A stretch of 64,000 bases of DNA, taken from NCBI RefSeq assembly GCF_965279155.1, contig NZ_OZ257138.1, forward strand, positions 313,210 through 377,209, given 5' to 3'. Positions 42,516-51,679 of this stretch are shown piece after piece. This stretch comes from Brevundimonas sp. GTDB lineage: Bacteria > Pseudomonadota > Alphaproteobacteria > Caulobacterales > Caulobacteraceae. Below the pieces are notes generated by a model that made no database searches, was not told where the DNA came from, and worked only from the letters and a program-made list of their open reading frames with translations. Position 1 is the stretch's first letter, and the number at the start of each line of letters is the position of its first letter. The translations under genes and the position numbers were made by a program.

Positions 42516-42734
42516 ATGGGCTCCCTGAGCATCTGGCATTGGGCCATCGTCATCGTCGTCGTCGCGCTGCTGTTCGGCGGCCGGGGCAAGTTGTCGGGCA
42601 TCATGGGCGACGCGGCCAAGGGCATCCGCGCCTTCAAGGACGGCCTGAAGGACGACGACAAGAAGGACGGCCCGCACGAAGGCGTCAGCTCGCTGCCGCG
42701 CACCGAGGCGGAAAAGGAAGAGCTGAAGCGCTAG
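42516..42734 (+). CDS. tatA: Twin-arginine translocase TatA
   Basis: MGSLSIWHW...LLFGG...GIRAFKDG. Confidence 0.93.
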   Translation: MGSLSIWHWAIVIVVVALLFGGRGKLSGIMGDAAKGIRAFKDGLKDDDKKDGPHEGVSSLPRTEAEKEELKR

Positions 42735-42757
42735 TCGTCGTCTGTAAGGGCTGACGC

Positions 42758-43333
42758 ATGGGCGGGCTCGGCCCCGGTATCGGGGGCTTCGAATTAGTGG
42801 TGATCGGTCTGGTGGCCCTGCTTGTGGTGGGGCCCAAGGATCTGCCTGTTCTGATGCGTCGCGTCGGTCAGATGGTCGCCAAGGCGCGCGCCATGGCCAA
42901 CGAGTTCCGCTCCAGCTTCGACGAGATGGCGCGTCAGTCCGAGTTGGACGACCTGCGTAAGGAGGTTGAGGCGCTGCGGACGGGGCAGGGGGCCATGTAT
43001 CCCCTGGGCGCCGAGGCGGACGCCGCCTTCAAGGACATCAACGCGGGACTGACGGGGCCGACGCCCACGGCCGCACTGCCTGCGCCCGAGCCGGAGGTTC
43101 CCGTCATGACGCCGGCCGCCGACGAATGGCCCGACACGCCGACGCCCGTCGAGCCCGTCGTGAAGACGAAGCCCAAACGGGCAGTTTCGAAGGCGAATCC
43201 GGCGACGACGGCCAAGGCCTCGACGACAAAGCCGCGCGCAGCTGCCAAGCCCAAGGCGGCGACTCAGGCCGCCAAGACAAAGTCGGCGACCGCCAAGACC
43301 AAGACACCGCGCAAGAAGGCCGCTGACCTGTGA
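42758..43333 (+). CDS. tatB: Twin-arginine translocase TatB
   Basis: ELVVIGLVALLVVGPKDLP; K/A-rich tail. Confidence 0.92.
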   Translation: MGGLGPGIGGFELVVIGLVALLVVGPKDLPVLMRRVGQMVAKARAMANEFRSSFDEMARQSELDDLRKEVEALRTGQGAMYPLGAEADAAFKDINAGLTGPTPTAALPAPEPEVPVMTPAADEWPDTPTPVEPVVKTKPKRAVSKANPATTAKASTTKPRAAAKPKAATQAAKTKSATAKTKTPRKKAADL

Positions 43334-44220
43334 CGTCTCCCGATCGTGACGAGGCCGAGATCGAGGCGTCGCGCGCGCCCTTGATGGATCACCTGATCGA
43401 GCTGCGTGGGCGGCTGCTGATCTGCGTCGTGGCCTTCTTCCTGGCGTTCATCCTGTGCTTCGCCTTCGCCAACCAGATCCAGATCGCCCTGATCAAACCC
43501 TATCAGGCGGCGGTCGCGGTCCATGCTGCGGCCCTCGCATCGGGCGGTCACGCCAACCCCCTCGAACTGATCGCCGTGATGACGGGCCTGAAGCCTTATC
43601 CGCCCGGCAGCGCGGCCGTCGTTCAGCTGATCGCGACGGCGCCGCTGGAGCAGCTGTTCACCAAAATGAAGATCGCGGCCTTCGGCGCCGCCGTCCTGAC
43701 CTTCCCGGTCATGGCCTGGCAGATGTATCGCTTCGTGGCGCCGGGTCTGTATCGCAACGAACGCGGCGCCTTCCTGCCGTTCCTGATCGCGGCGCCGGTG
43801 ATGTTCTGCCTGGGCGGCGCGCTGGTCTATTATGTCATGCTGCCGTTCGTAATGCTGTTCTCGTTGAGCCAGCAGGTGGCCAGCGATGGCATATCTGTGG
43901 CCCAGACGACCAAGATTTCCGACTATCTCAGCCTGGTGACCTCGCTGTTGCTAGCCTTCGGTCTGTGCTTCCAATTGCCGGTCGTCACGACGCTGCTGGG
44001 CCTGGCCGGCCTGATCAATTCCAAGGTCATGGCCGCGGGCCGCCGCTACGCCATTGTCGCCGTGGTGGTGGTCGCCGCCGTGGTCACGCCTCCGGATCCG
44101 ATCAGCCAGCTGATGTTGGCGATCCCGCTGGTCATTCTCTACGAGCTGTCGATCTGGTGCGTGCGACTGATCGAACTGCGTCGCAAAAAGGCCGACGATC
44201 TGGAAGCCGAAATCGCCTGA
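43330..44220 (+). CDS. tatC: Twin-arginine translocase TatC
   Basis: PLMDHLIELRGRL, FVAPGLY, FQLPV, TPPDPISQ. Confidence 0.95.
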   Translation: MTSPDRDEAEIEASRAPLMDHLIELRGRLLICVVAFFLAFILCFAFANQIQIALIKPYQAAVAVHAAALASGGHANPLELIAVMTGLKPYPPGSAAVVQLIATAPLEQLFTKMKIAAFGAAVLTFPVMAWQMYRFVAPGLYRNERGAFLPFLIAAPVMFCLGGALVYYVMLPFVMLFSLSQQVASDGISVAQTTKISDYLSLVTSLLLAFGLCFQLPVVTTLLGLAGLINSKVMAAGRRYAIVAVVVVAAVVTPPDPISQLMLAIPLVILYELSIWCVRLIELRRKKADDLEAEIA

Positions 44221-44333
44221 ATCGATGCCTCGCGTGGCTGCGGTCGCGCGCGGGCCAGCCGGCGTCTATCGATGATCGCCTAAACATGACACTCTGACCA
44301 CTCGAACAACACTGTTCGACCTGGAGAGACGCC

Positions 44334-44732
44334 ATGAATATCCCTGCATTGCTAGGGTTCGGGCTCGTGCTCGGCCTGCCTACACTCGTGACCGCTCAAA
44401 CGCCCATGGCGCCGCCAACTTTGGTGCAACTCGCCACCGGCAATACGCTGGAGGTCGTCTATCCGGACGATGGTCCGCGTCTGACCTTCATGTTCAAGAG
44501 CGAAGGCACATTCACCGCCGTGTTCCCGGACGGCGTGGCCGGCAACGGCGACTATGTCGCGGATGATCGTTATGTCTGTTGGATCGTCAAGGTTCCCATG
44601 GATACCGAGCCTGGCCGCAACGTCAGGTGCGAAGCCAATTCCACCGAGGGCCATGGCATGGGTGAAAGTTGGACGGTGACGGACTCCTATGGCGACAAGC
44701 CCACGCTGACCATCCGTCCAGGTCAGCACTAG
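44334..44732 (+). CDS. Secreted hypothetical protein
   Basis: GGAG RBS, signal-peptide-like N-terminus, 132 aa with two Cys. Confidence 0.6.
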   Translation: MNIPALLGFGLVLGLPTLVTAQTPMAPPTLVQLATGNTLEVVYPDDGPRLTFMFKSEGTFTAVFPDGVAGNGDYVADDRYVCWIVKVPMDTEPGRNVRCEANSTEGHGMGESWTVTDSYGDKPTLTIRPGQH

Positions 44733-44750
44733 GCAGCCACGCACAAGGCC

Positions 44751-44784
44751 AAAGAAAAGGCGCCGACGGTTTCCCGCCGGCGCC
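44751..44784 (-). terminator. Intrinsic terminator after glnA
   Basis: ggcgccgacgg-tttc-ccgccggcgcc stem; A-run on + gives a U-tail on -. Confidence 0.75.
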
Positions 44785-44807
44785 CTGATCTGCGGCCGAT
44801 CTGTCGA

Positions 44808-46214
44808 TCAGCAGCTGTAGTACATGTCGAACTCGACCGGGTGCGGGTGCAGTTGCAGGCGCATGACCTCTTCCATCTTCAGCTCGATGTAGCTGTCGAT
44901 GAAATCGTCATCCATGACGCCGCCCTTCTTGAGGAAGGCGCGGTCCTTGTCGAGGTTTTCGAGGGCTTCACGCAGCGAGCCGCAGACCTCGGGGATCGAA
45001 CCGCGCTCTTCCGGCGGAAGGTCGTAGAGGTTCTTGTCGGCGGGCGCGCCCGGATCGATGCGGTTCTCGATCCCGTCCAGACCGGCCATCAGCAGGGCGA
45101 CGAAGGTCAGATAGGGGTTGCCCATCGGGTCGGGGAAGCGGGCTTCCAGACGCTTTGCCTTCGGCGACGAGACGTGCGGGATTCGGATCGAGGCCGAGCG
45201 GTTGCGGGCCGAATAGGCCAGTTTCACCGGGGCTTCGTAGCCGGGGACCAGACGCTTGTAGCTGTTGGTGGTCGAGTTGGCGAAGGCGTTGATGGCCTTG
45301 GCGTGCTTGATGATGCCGCCAATGTACCACAGACATTCCTGGGACAGGCCGGCGTACTGGTCGCCGGCGAACTGGGGCTTGCCGTCCTTCCAGATCGACA
45401 TGTGGACGTGCATGCCCGAGCCGTTGTCTGCGAACATCGGCTTGGCCATGAAGGTCGCCGACTTGCCATAGGCGGCGGCGACGTTGTGGATCACGTACTT
45501 ATAGAGCTGCAGGCGGTCAGCCATGGTCAGCAGGTCCGAGAACTTCAGACCCAGTTCGTGCTGGGCCGGCGCCACCTCGTGGTGATGCTTCTCGGGCTGA
45601 AGGCCCAGGTCGCGCATGACGCCCAGCATTTCGCCGCGCAGGTCCTGGCCCGAATCGACGGGGTTGACGGGGAAGTAGCCGCCCTTGGCGCCGGGGCGGT
45701 GGCCCATATTGCCTTCGGTGTATTCGGCGTTGGTGTTGGCCGGCAGTTCGGTCGAGTCGTACGAATACGACGTGTTGTGCGGCTGGGTCGACCAGCGCAC
45801 GTCGTCGAAGATGAAGAACTCGGCTTCCGGGCCGAAATAGACCACGTCGCCCACGCCCGACGATTGCACGTAGGACAGCGCCTTCTTGGCCATCGAACGG
45901 CTGTCGCGGTTGTAGGGTTCGTTGGTGTCCGGGTTCAGCACGTCGCAGAACAGGAACATCGTCTTCTGCTGATAGAAGGGATCGATGTAGGCCGTGGTCA
46001 GGTCCGGCTTCAGCAGCATGTCGGACTCGTTGATGGCCTTCCAGCCGGCGATGGACGAGCCGTCGAACATCGTGCCTTCGTTCAGGAAGTCCTCGTCGAC
46101 CAGGTCGATATCGAAGGTGACGTGCTGCAGGCGGCCGCGCGTGTCGGTGAATCGGACGTCCACATACTGGACCTCCTCATCCTTGATCTGTTTGAGGATC
46201 TTGCTGGCGCTCAT
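44808..46214 (-). CDS. glnA: Glutamine synthetase type I
   Basis: [54 protein letters not shown]. Confidence 0.98.
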   Translation of the reverse strand: MSASKILKQIKDEEVQYVDVRFTDTRGRLQHVTFDIDLVDEDFLNEGTMFDGSSIAGWKAINESDMLLKPDLTTAYIDPFYQQKTMFLFCDVLNPDTNEPYNRDSRSMAKKALSYVQSSGVGDVVYFGPEAEFFIFDDVRWSTQPHNTSYSYDSTELPANTNAEYTEGNMGHRPGAKGGYFPVNPVDSGQDLRGEMLGVMRDLGLQPEKHHHEVAPAQHELGLKFSDLLTMADRLQLYKYVIHNVAAAYGKSATFMAKPMFADNGSGMHVHMSIWKDGKPQFAGDQYAGLSQECLWYIGGIIKHAKAINAFANSTTNSYKRLVPGYEAPVKLAYSARNRSASIRIPHVSSPKAKRLEARFPDPMGNPYLTFVALLMAGLDGIENRIDPGAPADKNLYDLPPEERGSIPEVCGSLREALENLDKDRAFLKKGGVMDDDFIDSYIELKMEEVMRLQLHPHPVEFDMYYSC

Positions 46215-46297
46215 TCTCGGAAGTCCTGTTTCTTGGCGTTTGGGGAGGAAACCGGTCAACGACCCGAGGGGCCGAGGACCGGGGAGGGTGGTCGAAT

Positions 46298-46702
<405 letters not shown>

Positions 46703-46750
46703 TCAAAGCAAGCGATTTTCGCAGAAAAGCCACGGATAATCGGAACGCGG

Positions 46751-47575
46751 ATGATAGAAACCAACGACCCGGCGATCTGGCGCAATTTTCTGCCTTGGCC
46801 GGGCGCGGAAACGCACAAGCATACGCGGGGCCGTTTGGTCGTCGTCTCGGGAAAGGCCCATCAGACGGGCGCTGCGCGACTTGCGGCGCACGCGGGGCTG
46901 CGAATGGGCGCCGGCGTGGTGCGAATCCTGTGCCCGCCAGACGCCGTCGCCGTCATCGCGCCGGCCGTCCAGGCGATCATGCTGACGCCGTTCTCTTCAT
47001 CTGAAATCTTAGGTCGAGAGGTCGCCGGCAGCGACGCCGTCGTGATCGGACCGGCTGCGGGACTGGAAGACGCGACGATCGCCAACATCCAGGCCCTGGC
47101 TTTGAGCGGCGCAGTGCTGGTGATCGACGCCGACGGTCTGTCGGTATTCAAGGGCCGAACCGCCGAACTGTTCGCCGTTCTGGACCGCGACGACATCCTG
47201 ACGCCGCATGAGGGCGAGTTCGAACGGCTGTTTCCGGGTCTGCTGGACCAAGGCCGCGAAGTCGCCGCCATTGAAGCCGCGCGCCTGACCCAGGCAACCA
47301 TCGTCCTGAAAGGCGCCAGGACGATCATCGCGTCACCTGACGGACGCGTCCGTCGCAACGAGAATGGCTCGGCCTGGCTGGCTACGGCTGGAACCGGCGA
47401 TGTCCTGGCCGGAATGATCGGCGGACTGGCGGCCCAGCGGATGGACAGTTTCGATGCGGCGTGCGCGGCGGTCTGGATCCATTCCGACGCGGCGGAGCGT
47501 TTTGGACCGGGATTGACCTCTGACGACCTGAGCGATGTCTTGCCCAAGGTGCTGTCGTCTTTATGGAAAGGCTGA
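46751..47575 (+). CDS. nnrD: NAD(P)HX dehydratase (NnrD domain only)
   Basis: HKHTRG, GAARLAA, VIGPAAG, IDADGL, LTPHEGEF, LATAGTGDVLAG. Confidence 0.88.
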   Translation: MIETNDPAIWRNFLPWPGAETHKHTRGRLVVVSGKAHQTGAARLAAHAGLRMGAGVVRILCPPDAVAVIAPAVQAIMLTPFSSSEILGREVAGSDAVVIGPAAGLEDATIANIQALALSGAVLVIDADGLSVFKGRTAELFAVLDRDDILTPHEGEFERLFPGLLDQGREVAAIEAARLTQATIVLKGARTIIASPDGRVRRNENGSAWLATAGTGDVLAGMIGGLAAQRMDSFDAACAAVWIHSDAAERFGPGLTSDDLSDVLPKVLSSLWKG

Positions 47576-47603
47576 GCCGAAAGGATGCAGGGCCTTTGTC
47601 AGC

Positions 47604-47664
47604 GTTCCATAATCCCAAGACTCTAACTGGTTGAATTTCAAACGGTGCCATGTTCCATAATCCC
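47604..47664. repeat. 13-bp direct repeat gttccataatccc x2 at the left island junction
   Basis: Copies at 47604-47616 and 47652-47664; further aatccc at 47668 and inverted gggatt at 47707. Confidence 0.7.
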
Positions 47665-47872
47665 GAGAATCCCATAGTTCACCGCAAGCGATGGTGCTGC
47701 ATTATTGGGATTCACTGCATGGCCATAGTCGGTGCAACGCCACGCTAGGGGCTAGTGCCACCACGCAGGATCGCGGGCCGCTGAGCGATGGTGATAGCTA
47801 GCGGAGCGGATTGCGGAAGCGTTTGCCTGATCGTCAGCCGGCGCCGACGCGAGCTGGCCAGCAGCATGTTCT

Positions 47873-48088
47873 TTAGGGCGACAGATATCGCAACAGTCGC
47901 ATGCTGACCCAAAACAATAACACGCCCGCGATCACCCCAACTTTGATCTGGTGATCCATGAACCGAACGCCCAACACGGCGAAGAATGCGCCGGCTAGGC
48001 AAAGCACGGACAGGTTTCCCATCAACCTGGCGGTCATCTTGAGCCAGATGTCGTTTTGGTAAGGCGTCATTGGCGCGTTTCCATTCAA
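47873..48088 (-). CDS. Small two-TM hypothetical protein
   Basis: 71-aa ORF with two hydrophobic helices (LSVLCLAGAFFAVLGV; VGVIAGVLLFWV). Confidence 0.55.
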   Translation of the reverse strand: MNGNAPMTPYQNDIWLKMTARLMGNLSVLCLAGAFFAVLGVRFMDHQIKVGVIAGVLLFWVSMRLLRYLSP

Positions 48089-48199
48089 ATCGCAGCCTAC
48101 ACCGTATCGACGGGATGGGAAGATGCATGAAATACATCCACTCCCACCCGTAACTGGTGGACTGCAAGCCGCCCTCTCGGAACGACAAAATCGCCAGAA

Positions 48200-48769
48200 C
48201 TATTTGCCCATCTGATCCGAAGTCCGGGCCAAAGCGCGATACAAAGTGCTGCGAGAAATCCCGAAAGTGGTCGCTACGGCTCCCATCGTCTGATCGGGAT
48301 GCTGAAGTAAGAGACGGACCTGCTCAAGCTGGCGCGCCGATAGAGCCCGCTTACGCCCGCCAGTTCGTCCTCTCGCGCGAGCGGCTGCCAAGCCTGCCAT
48401 GGTCCGCTCGCGGATTAGGTCTCGCTCCATTTCGGCTAGAGCCGCCATCATATGGAAGAAGAACCGTCCTGCCGGTGTCGTAGTGTCGATGCCATCAGTC
48501 AGGCTTCGAAATTCAACGCCGCGGCTCTTTAGGGCACTGACGAAATCAACAAGCTGACCGACTGTGCGGCCTAGGCGGTCAAGCTTCCAAACAACGAAGA
48601 CATCTTTCTCTCGGGCAAAGCTTAAAGCCTCGCCCAATGCCTTGCGATCTACCCGCGCGCCGGACGCAGCTTCAGAGAAAATCCGCTCGCAGCCCGCCTG
48701 TTTGAGCGCGTCAATCTGGAGATCGAGGTTTTGGTCCGCAGTCGAAACCCGCGCGTATCCGATAAACAT
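48200..48769 (-). CDS. Small serine recombinase (resolvase/invertase)
   Basis: MFIGYARVSTADQ catalytic Ser, VWKLDRLGR, SLTDGIDTTTPAGR, ERTMAGL, C-terminal HTH GISRSTLYR. Confidence 0.95.
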   Translation of the reverse strand: MFIGYARVSTADQNLDLQIDALKQAGCERIFSEAASGARVDRKALGEALSFAREKDVFVVWKLDRLGRTVGQLVDFVSALKSRGVEFRSLTDGIDTTTPAGRFFFHMMAALAEMERDLIRERTMAGLAAARARGRTGGRKRALSARQLEQVRLLLQHPDQTMGAVATTFGISRSTLYRALARTSDQMGK

Positions 48770-48903
48770 GTCGCGAAACTCGTAAACCTAGGGCTTCATG
48801 ACACATAGATTATGCAACAGAGTTTAGCCACACCTTCGGCGCTGACGGCAGGGGGCGGAATTGGATTCGGACGGTCGCGGTCACAAACGTTCGTTTTTGG
48901 GAC
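48769..48903. promoter_or_regulatory. res-like recombinase binding sites upstream of the resolvase
   Basis: Imperfect palindromes tgtcgcgaa...ttcatgaca (48769-48803) and gtcacaaac-gttc-gtttttgggac (48880-48903). Confidence 0.55.
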
Positions 48904-49049
48904 GGGCCGATGAACAGAGGCCATGGGTGAGTAGCTGCCTCTGTGTTTTCTCGGACTTTTGGAAGGTCCGCTTTGAGGCTGCATGAAACATCTGCCTCCA
49001 GCGAGCCGGCGATGGCGCAACATCGCCACCCCGCCGTCTTTGCTCGATT

Positions 49050-49250
49050 CACGTCGGTAATCAGCTTTGGCTGCAGGTCGGAGCTTTCGGTAACGGTCCG
49101 ATAGATGCCGGCGAGCAGCGCACGCCCGGTCGATGGACCGGATGCCGGCGAGTACTATCCCGCCGACAGCTTCGCGCGCGTCGTGGCCATGGCAGAACCG
49201 CCTAAAGTTGCTATAAGCGAAATCCTGTTCCGACCGACGTCTCGTGAAAA
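49050..49250 (+). pseudogene. Degraded 3' fragment of an SDR oxidoreductase
   Basis: PADSFARVVA...ISEILFRPT resembles the YdfG-like SDR C-terminus; no intact N-terminal NAD-binding motif. Confidence 0.6.
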
Positions 49251-49282
49251 CTGGCGCCCGTCGACAGACCAAGGGCGACGTT

Positions 49283-50404
49283 ATGGCGAAGACAGCGTGG
49301 GACTGGGGCAATGTCCCCGATGACCCAGATGTTCGCGCCGCATCGCGCATGCTCGGTTGCGCCGGAGAGGGAGCGCCCGCGAAGAAGCGCCATCATTATG
49401 TAGCGACAACCTATCTCGATGGCTTCACCACGCCCGAAGGCAAGCTCTGGACCTACTTCCTCGACAATCCCCTCAATCCCCGACCCAGCCGACCCGAGGC
49501 GGTTGGCTATTCCAACTACTACTATTCGCAGCTTCGACCTGACGGCACGCGCGACGATAACTCGTTCGAAGACCTGTGGAGCGCGATCGAGACCGTCTGG
49601 CCCGAGACGATGGCGGCGATCCGGGGCGGTCGTGTCTCGCCGGCGACCTCGTTCAATGTACTCGGCATGGTTGGGATCACGGGCGTTCGTGTGCCCGCCG
49701 CACGACACCGGCATGAGCTTCTGCTTGCAGCGAAGCTGCGCGCCGAGGCGAAGGCGCTCGAGCGCGCGGGCGTGCTGCCTAAAAAACTGCAACGCTACGC
49801 GGGCCAGCTCGACACCGTTCCCGTCGGCATCAACCCGCAACAGTCGATCCCGACGATGATGACCGATCTGCGCCGGTTCGGCGATCTGTGCTTCCAGATT
49901 GGCTTCGAAGTGGTCCACAACGACACCGATCTGCCCTTCATCACGTCGGACAATCCGCTCGCAATCTACGATCCGCGATCGCCCCCCGGCCAGCGCCGCC
50001 CATATGAGTACGACGGCCAAGTCGAGCTGATATGTCCGCTCGATGCGAGCACGCTATTGCGGGGCCACAGCCGGATTCGGCCGGTGAATGAAATCTCACG
50101 CCACGTGCGCATCTCGGACCGGAGCGCGATTGCGAGATTGAATAATACTCTTGCCCAGTTCGCGTACGGGCTCGTCTTGGCGAGCGACCGCTCAAGCGAT
50201 GGCGTGATCGCGCTGCAGGCGAACCGGTGCCCTACCTTGTCGATAAAGGTCGTCGAGACGCCGAAAGGCGGCGACATCATCTGGCGACACGTTTTCGGCC
50301 CCCGTCCGAAACTTCCCGCCTTCATCGACACCCCTGAAAAGGCCGAACGGCTTGAGGCCGAAATGGCGGCCGCCGCCGCCCGGGCAGTGGAGGGCGCACG
50401 GTGA
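49283..50404 (+). CDS. DUF4238-like protein
   Basis: N-terminal KRHHYVATTYL, later FITSDNP; both typical of DUF4238. Confidence 0.75.
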   Translation: MAKTAWDWGNVPDDPDVRAASRMLGCAGEGAPAKKRHHYVATTYLDGFTTPEGKLWTYFLDNPLNPRPSRPEAVGYSNYYYSQLRPDGTRDDNSFEDLWSAIETVWPETMAAIRGGRVSPATSFNVLGMVGITGVRVPAARHRHELLLAAKLRAEAKALERAGVLPKKLQRYAGQLDTVPVGINPQQSIPTMMTDLRRFGDLCFQIGFEVVHNDTDLPFITSDNPLAIYDPRSPPGQRRPYEYDGQVELICPLDASTLLRGHSRIRPVNEISRHVRISDRSAIARLNNTLAQFAYGLVLASDRSSDGVIALQANRCPTLSIKVVETPKGGDIIWRHVFGPRPKLPAFIDTPEKAERLEAEMAAAAARAVEGAR

Positions 50405-51333
50405 CCGGCGAGCGGATTTTCAATGTCTTTCTGTATTTCGACGACGGTTTCGCGCGCGAGTACGGGGTCCGGCATCATCGCGTGCGAGGCGACGACGCCA
50501 CCAAGATGGCGGCGCTCGCTCAAGCAGTCGCGACGGATCACGGCATCGCGCAGCGCTTCGCCCTGCCGCGGACCTTTACGCCGGGAGAATGGGCCGCGCA
50601 GCAACGCCTCGGGGTTAATCTAGGCCTGTTCGAGGGAGGCATCGACCACTATCGCGCGGGTCCTGAACCCCTGTATTGCCTGACGAGCATCGTCGACGGC
50701 GTTCCCCGTGCGGAGATCAGGGGCGGTCTGGGGCCGCACCAAGGTGACAGCGTCGGTGAGGGCATGCCTGGGACGATGCCGGACTGGCTGGTGGTCTATA
50801 CCGAAGGCGACGCTTTTCGATTCGACAAGCTGATCAACGACGACTACTTCGCGGCTATCAAGCTGCTGTTCAACGCGCGTCATATCGCCTCGACGTCGAA
50901 GCTACTGATGTCCTGCATCGATACGCTCGCCTTTGTCGAGTTCGGCGACAAGCGCGGCAATTTCGTCGAATGGCTGAATACCTATGCCGATCTCGAACCG
51001 GTCGGGGTCACCGCCGACGAACTCTGGGAGTTTCGCAACTCGATCGTCCATATGACCAATCTGTCGTCGCGCGCGGTGCTTGCGGGCAAGGCGTCGTCGC
51101 TGGCACCCTATATCGGCTCCGACGCGCTCATCGGGACCGAGCCAGTCACTGATCTCAAGCCGTTCAACCTTTACACGCTCAATCTGGCGGTGATCGGCGG
51201 CGTCAGCCGCTGGGCGCAGAGCTACAATCGCGACCGGAGTAAGTTCGAAAAATTCGTCGAACGCTACGACACGATCGTTTCCGACAGCCGGGTTGCAATC
51301 GTTCAGACGCCGCCGCCCACTGCGGCGTCTTAG
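50401..51333 (+). CDS. Hypothetical protein with a C-terminal HEPN-like domain
   Basis: GTGA overlap with upstream stop; helical region ...LLMSCIDTLA... then ELWEFRNSIVH (R-x4-H, 51034-51051). Confidence 0.65.
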   Translation: MTGERIFNVFLYFDDGFAREYGVRHHRVRGDDATKMAALAQAVATDHGIAQRFALPRTFTPGEWAAQQRLGVNLGLFEGGIDHYRAGPEPLYCLTSIVDGVPRAEIRGGLGPHQGDSVGEGMPGTMPDWLVVYTEGDAFRFDKLINDDYFAAIKLLFNARHIASTSKLLMSCIDTLAFVEFGDKRGNFVEWLNTYADLEPVGVTADELWEFRNSIVHMTNLSSRAVLAGKASSLAPYIGSDALIGTEPVTDLKPFNLYTLNLAVIGGVSRWAQSYNRDRSKFEKFVERYDTIVSDSRVAIVQTPPPTAAS

Positions 51334-51679
51334 ACAAGCCCGACGCTGTAGGCATCCATCAGATCCCAAAGCCAGTCGACATTCAGGTTGGACTGCCGCA
51401 GGCCGATCGTAGGCTTGCCGCGTCTACTTGCATCGAGGAGCCCCCGGCGACGGAGTCAGACCTCGGCAGACTGCCAGAACGCAAAGTGCGCGGCCCGTCT
51501 CTGACTCGTTGCTGACCATCGGAAAATCAGCTTCAAGGGTCGAATACGCGAGCGGTGACACCCTAAAGCGAGCGCCCGAACGATCGCAATAGATCTTGAG
51601 GCTGCCGTCAAAGTGCTGACCTTCCGACGTTCGAGGTTTAGCGTTGAGGGCGGTAGCGTCGCGACTTGAGGGGGAGACA

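Noticed and set aside
51334-51679. Possible gene remnant on the minus strand between the HEPN and SIR2 genes
   Set aside because: Short open stretches only; no family recognisable without a BLASTX search.
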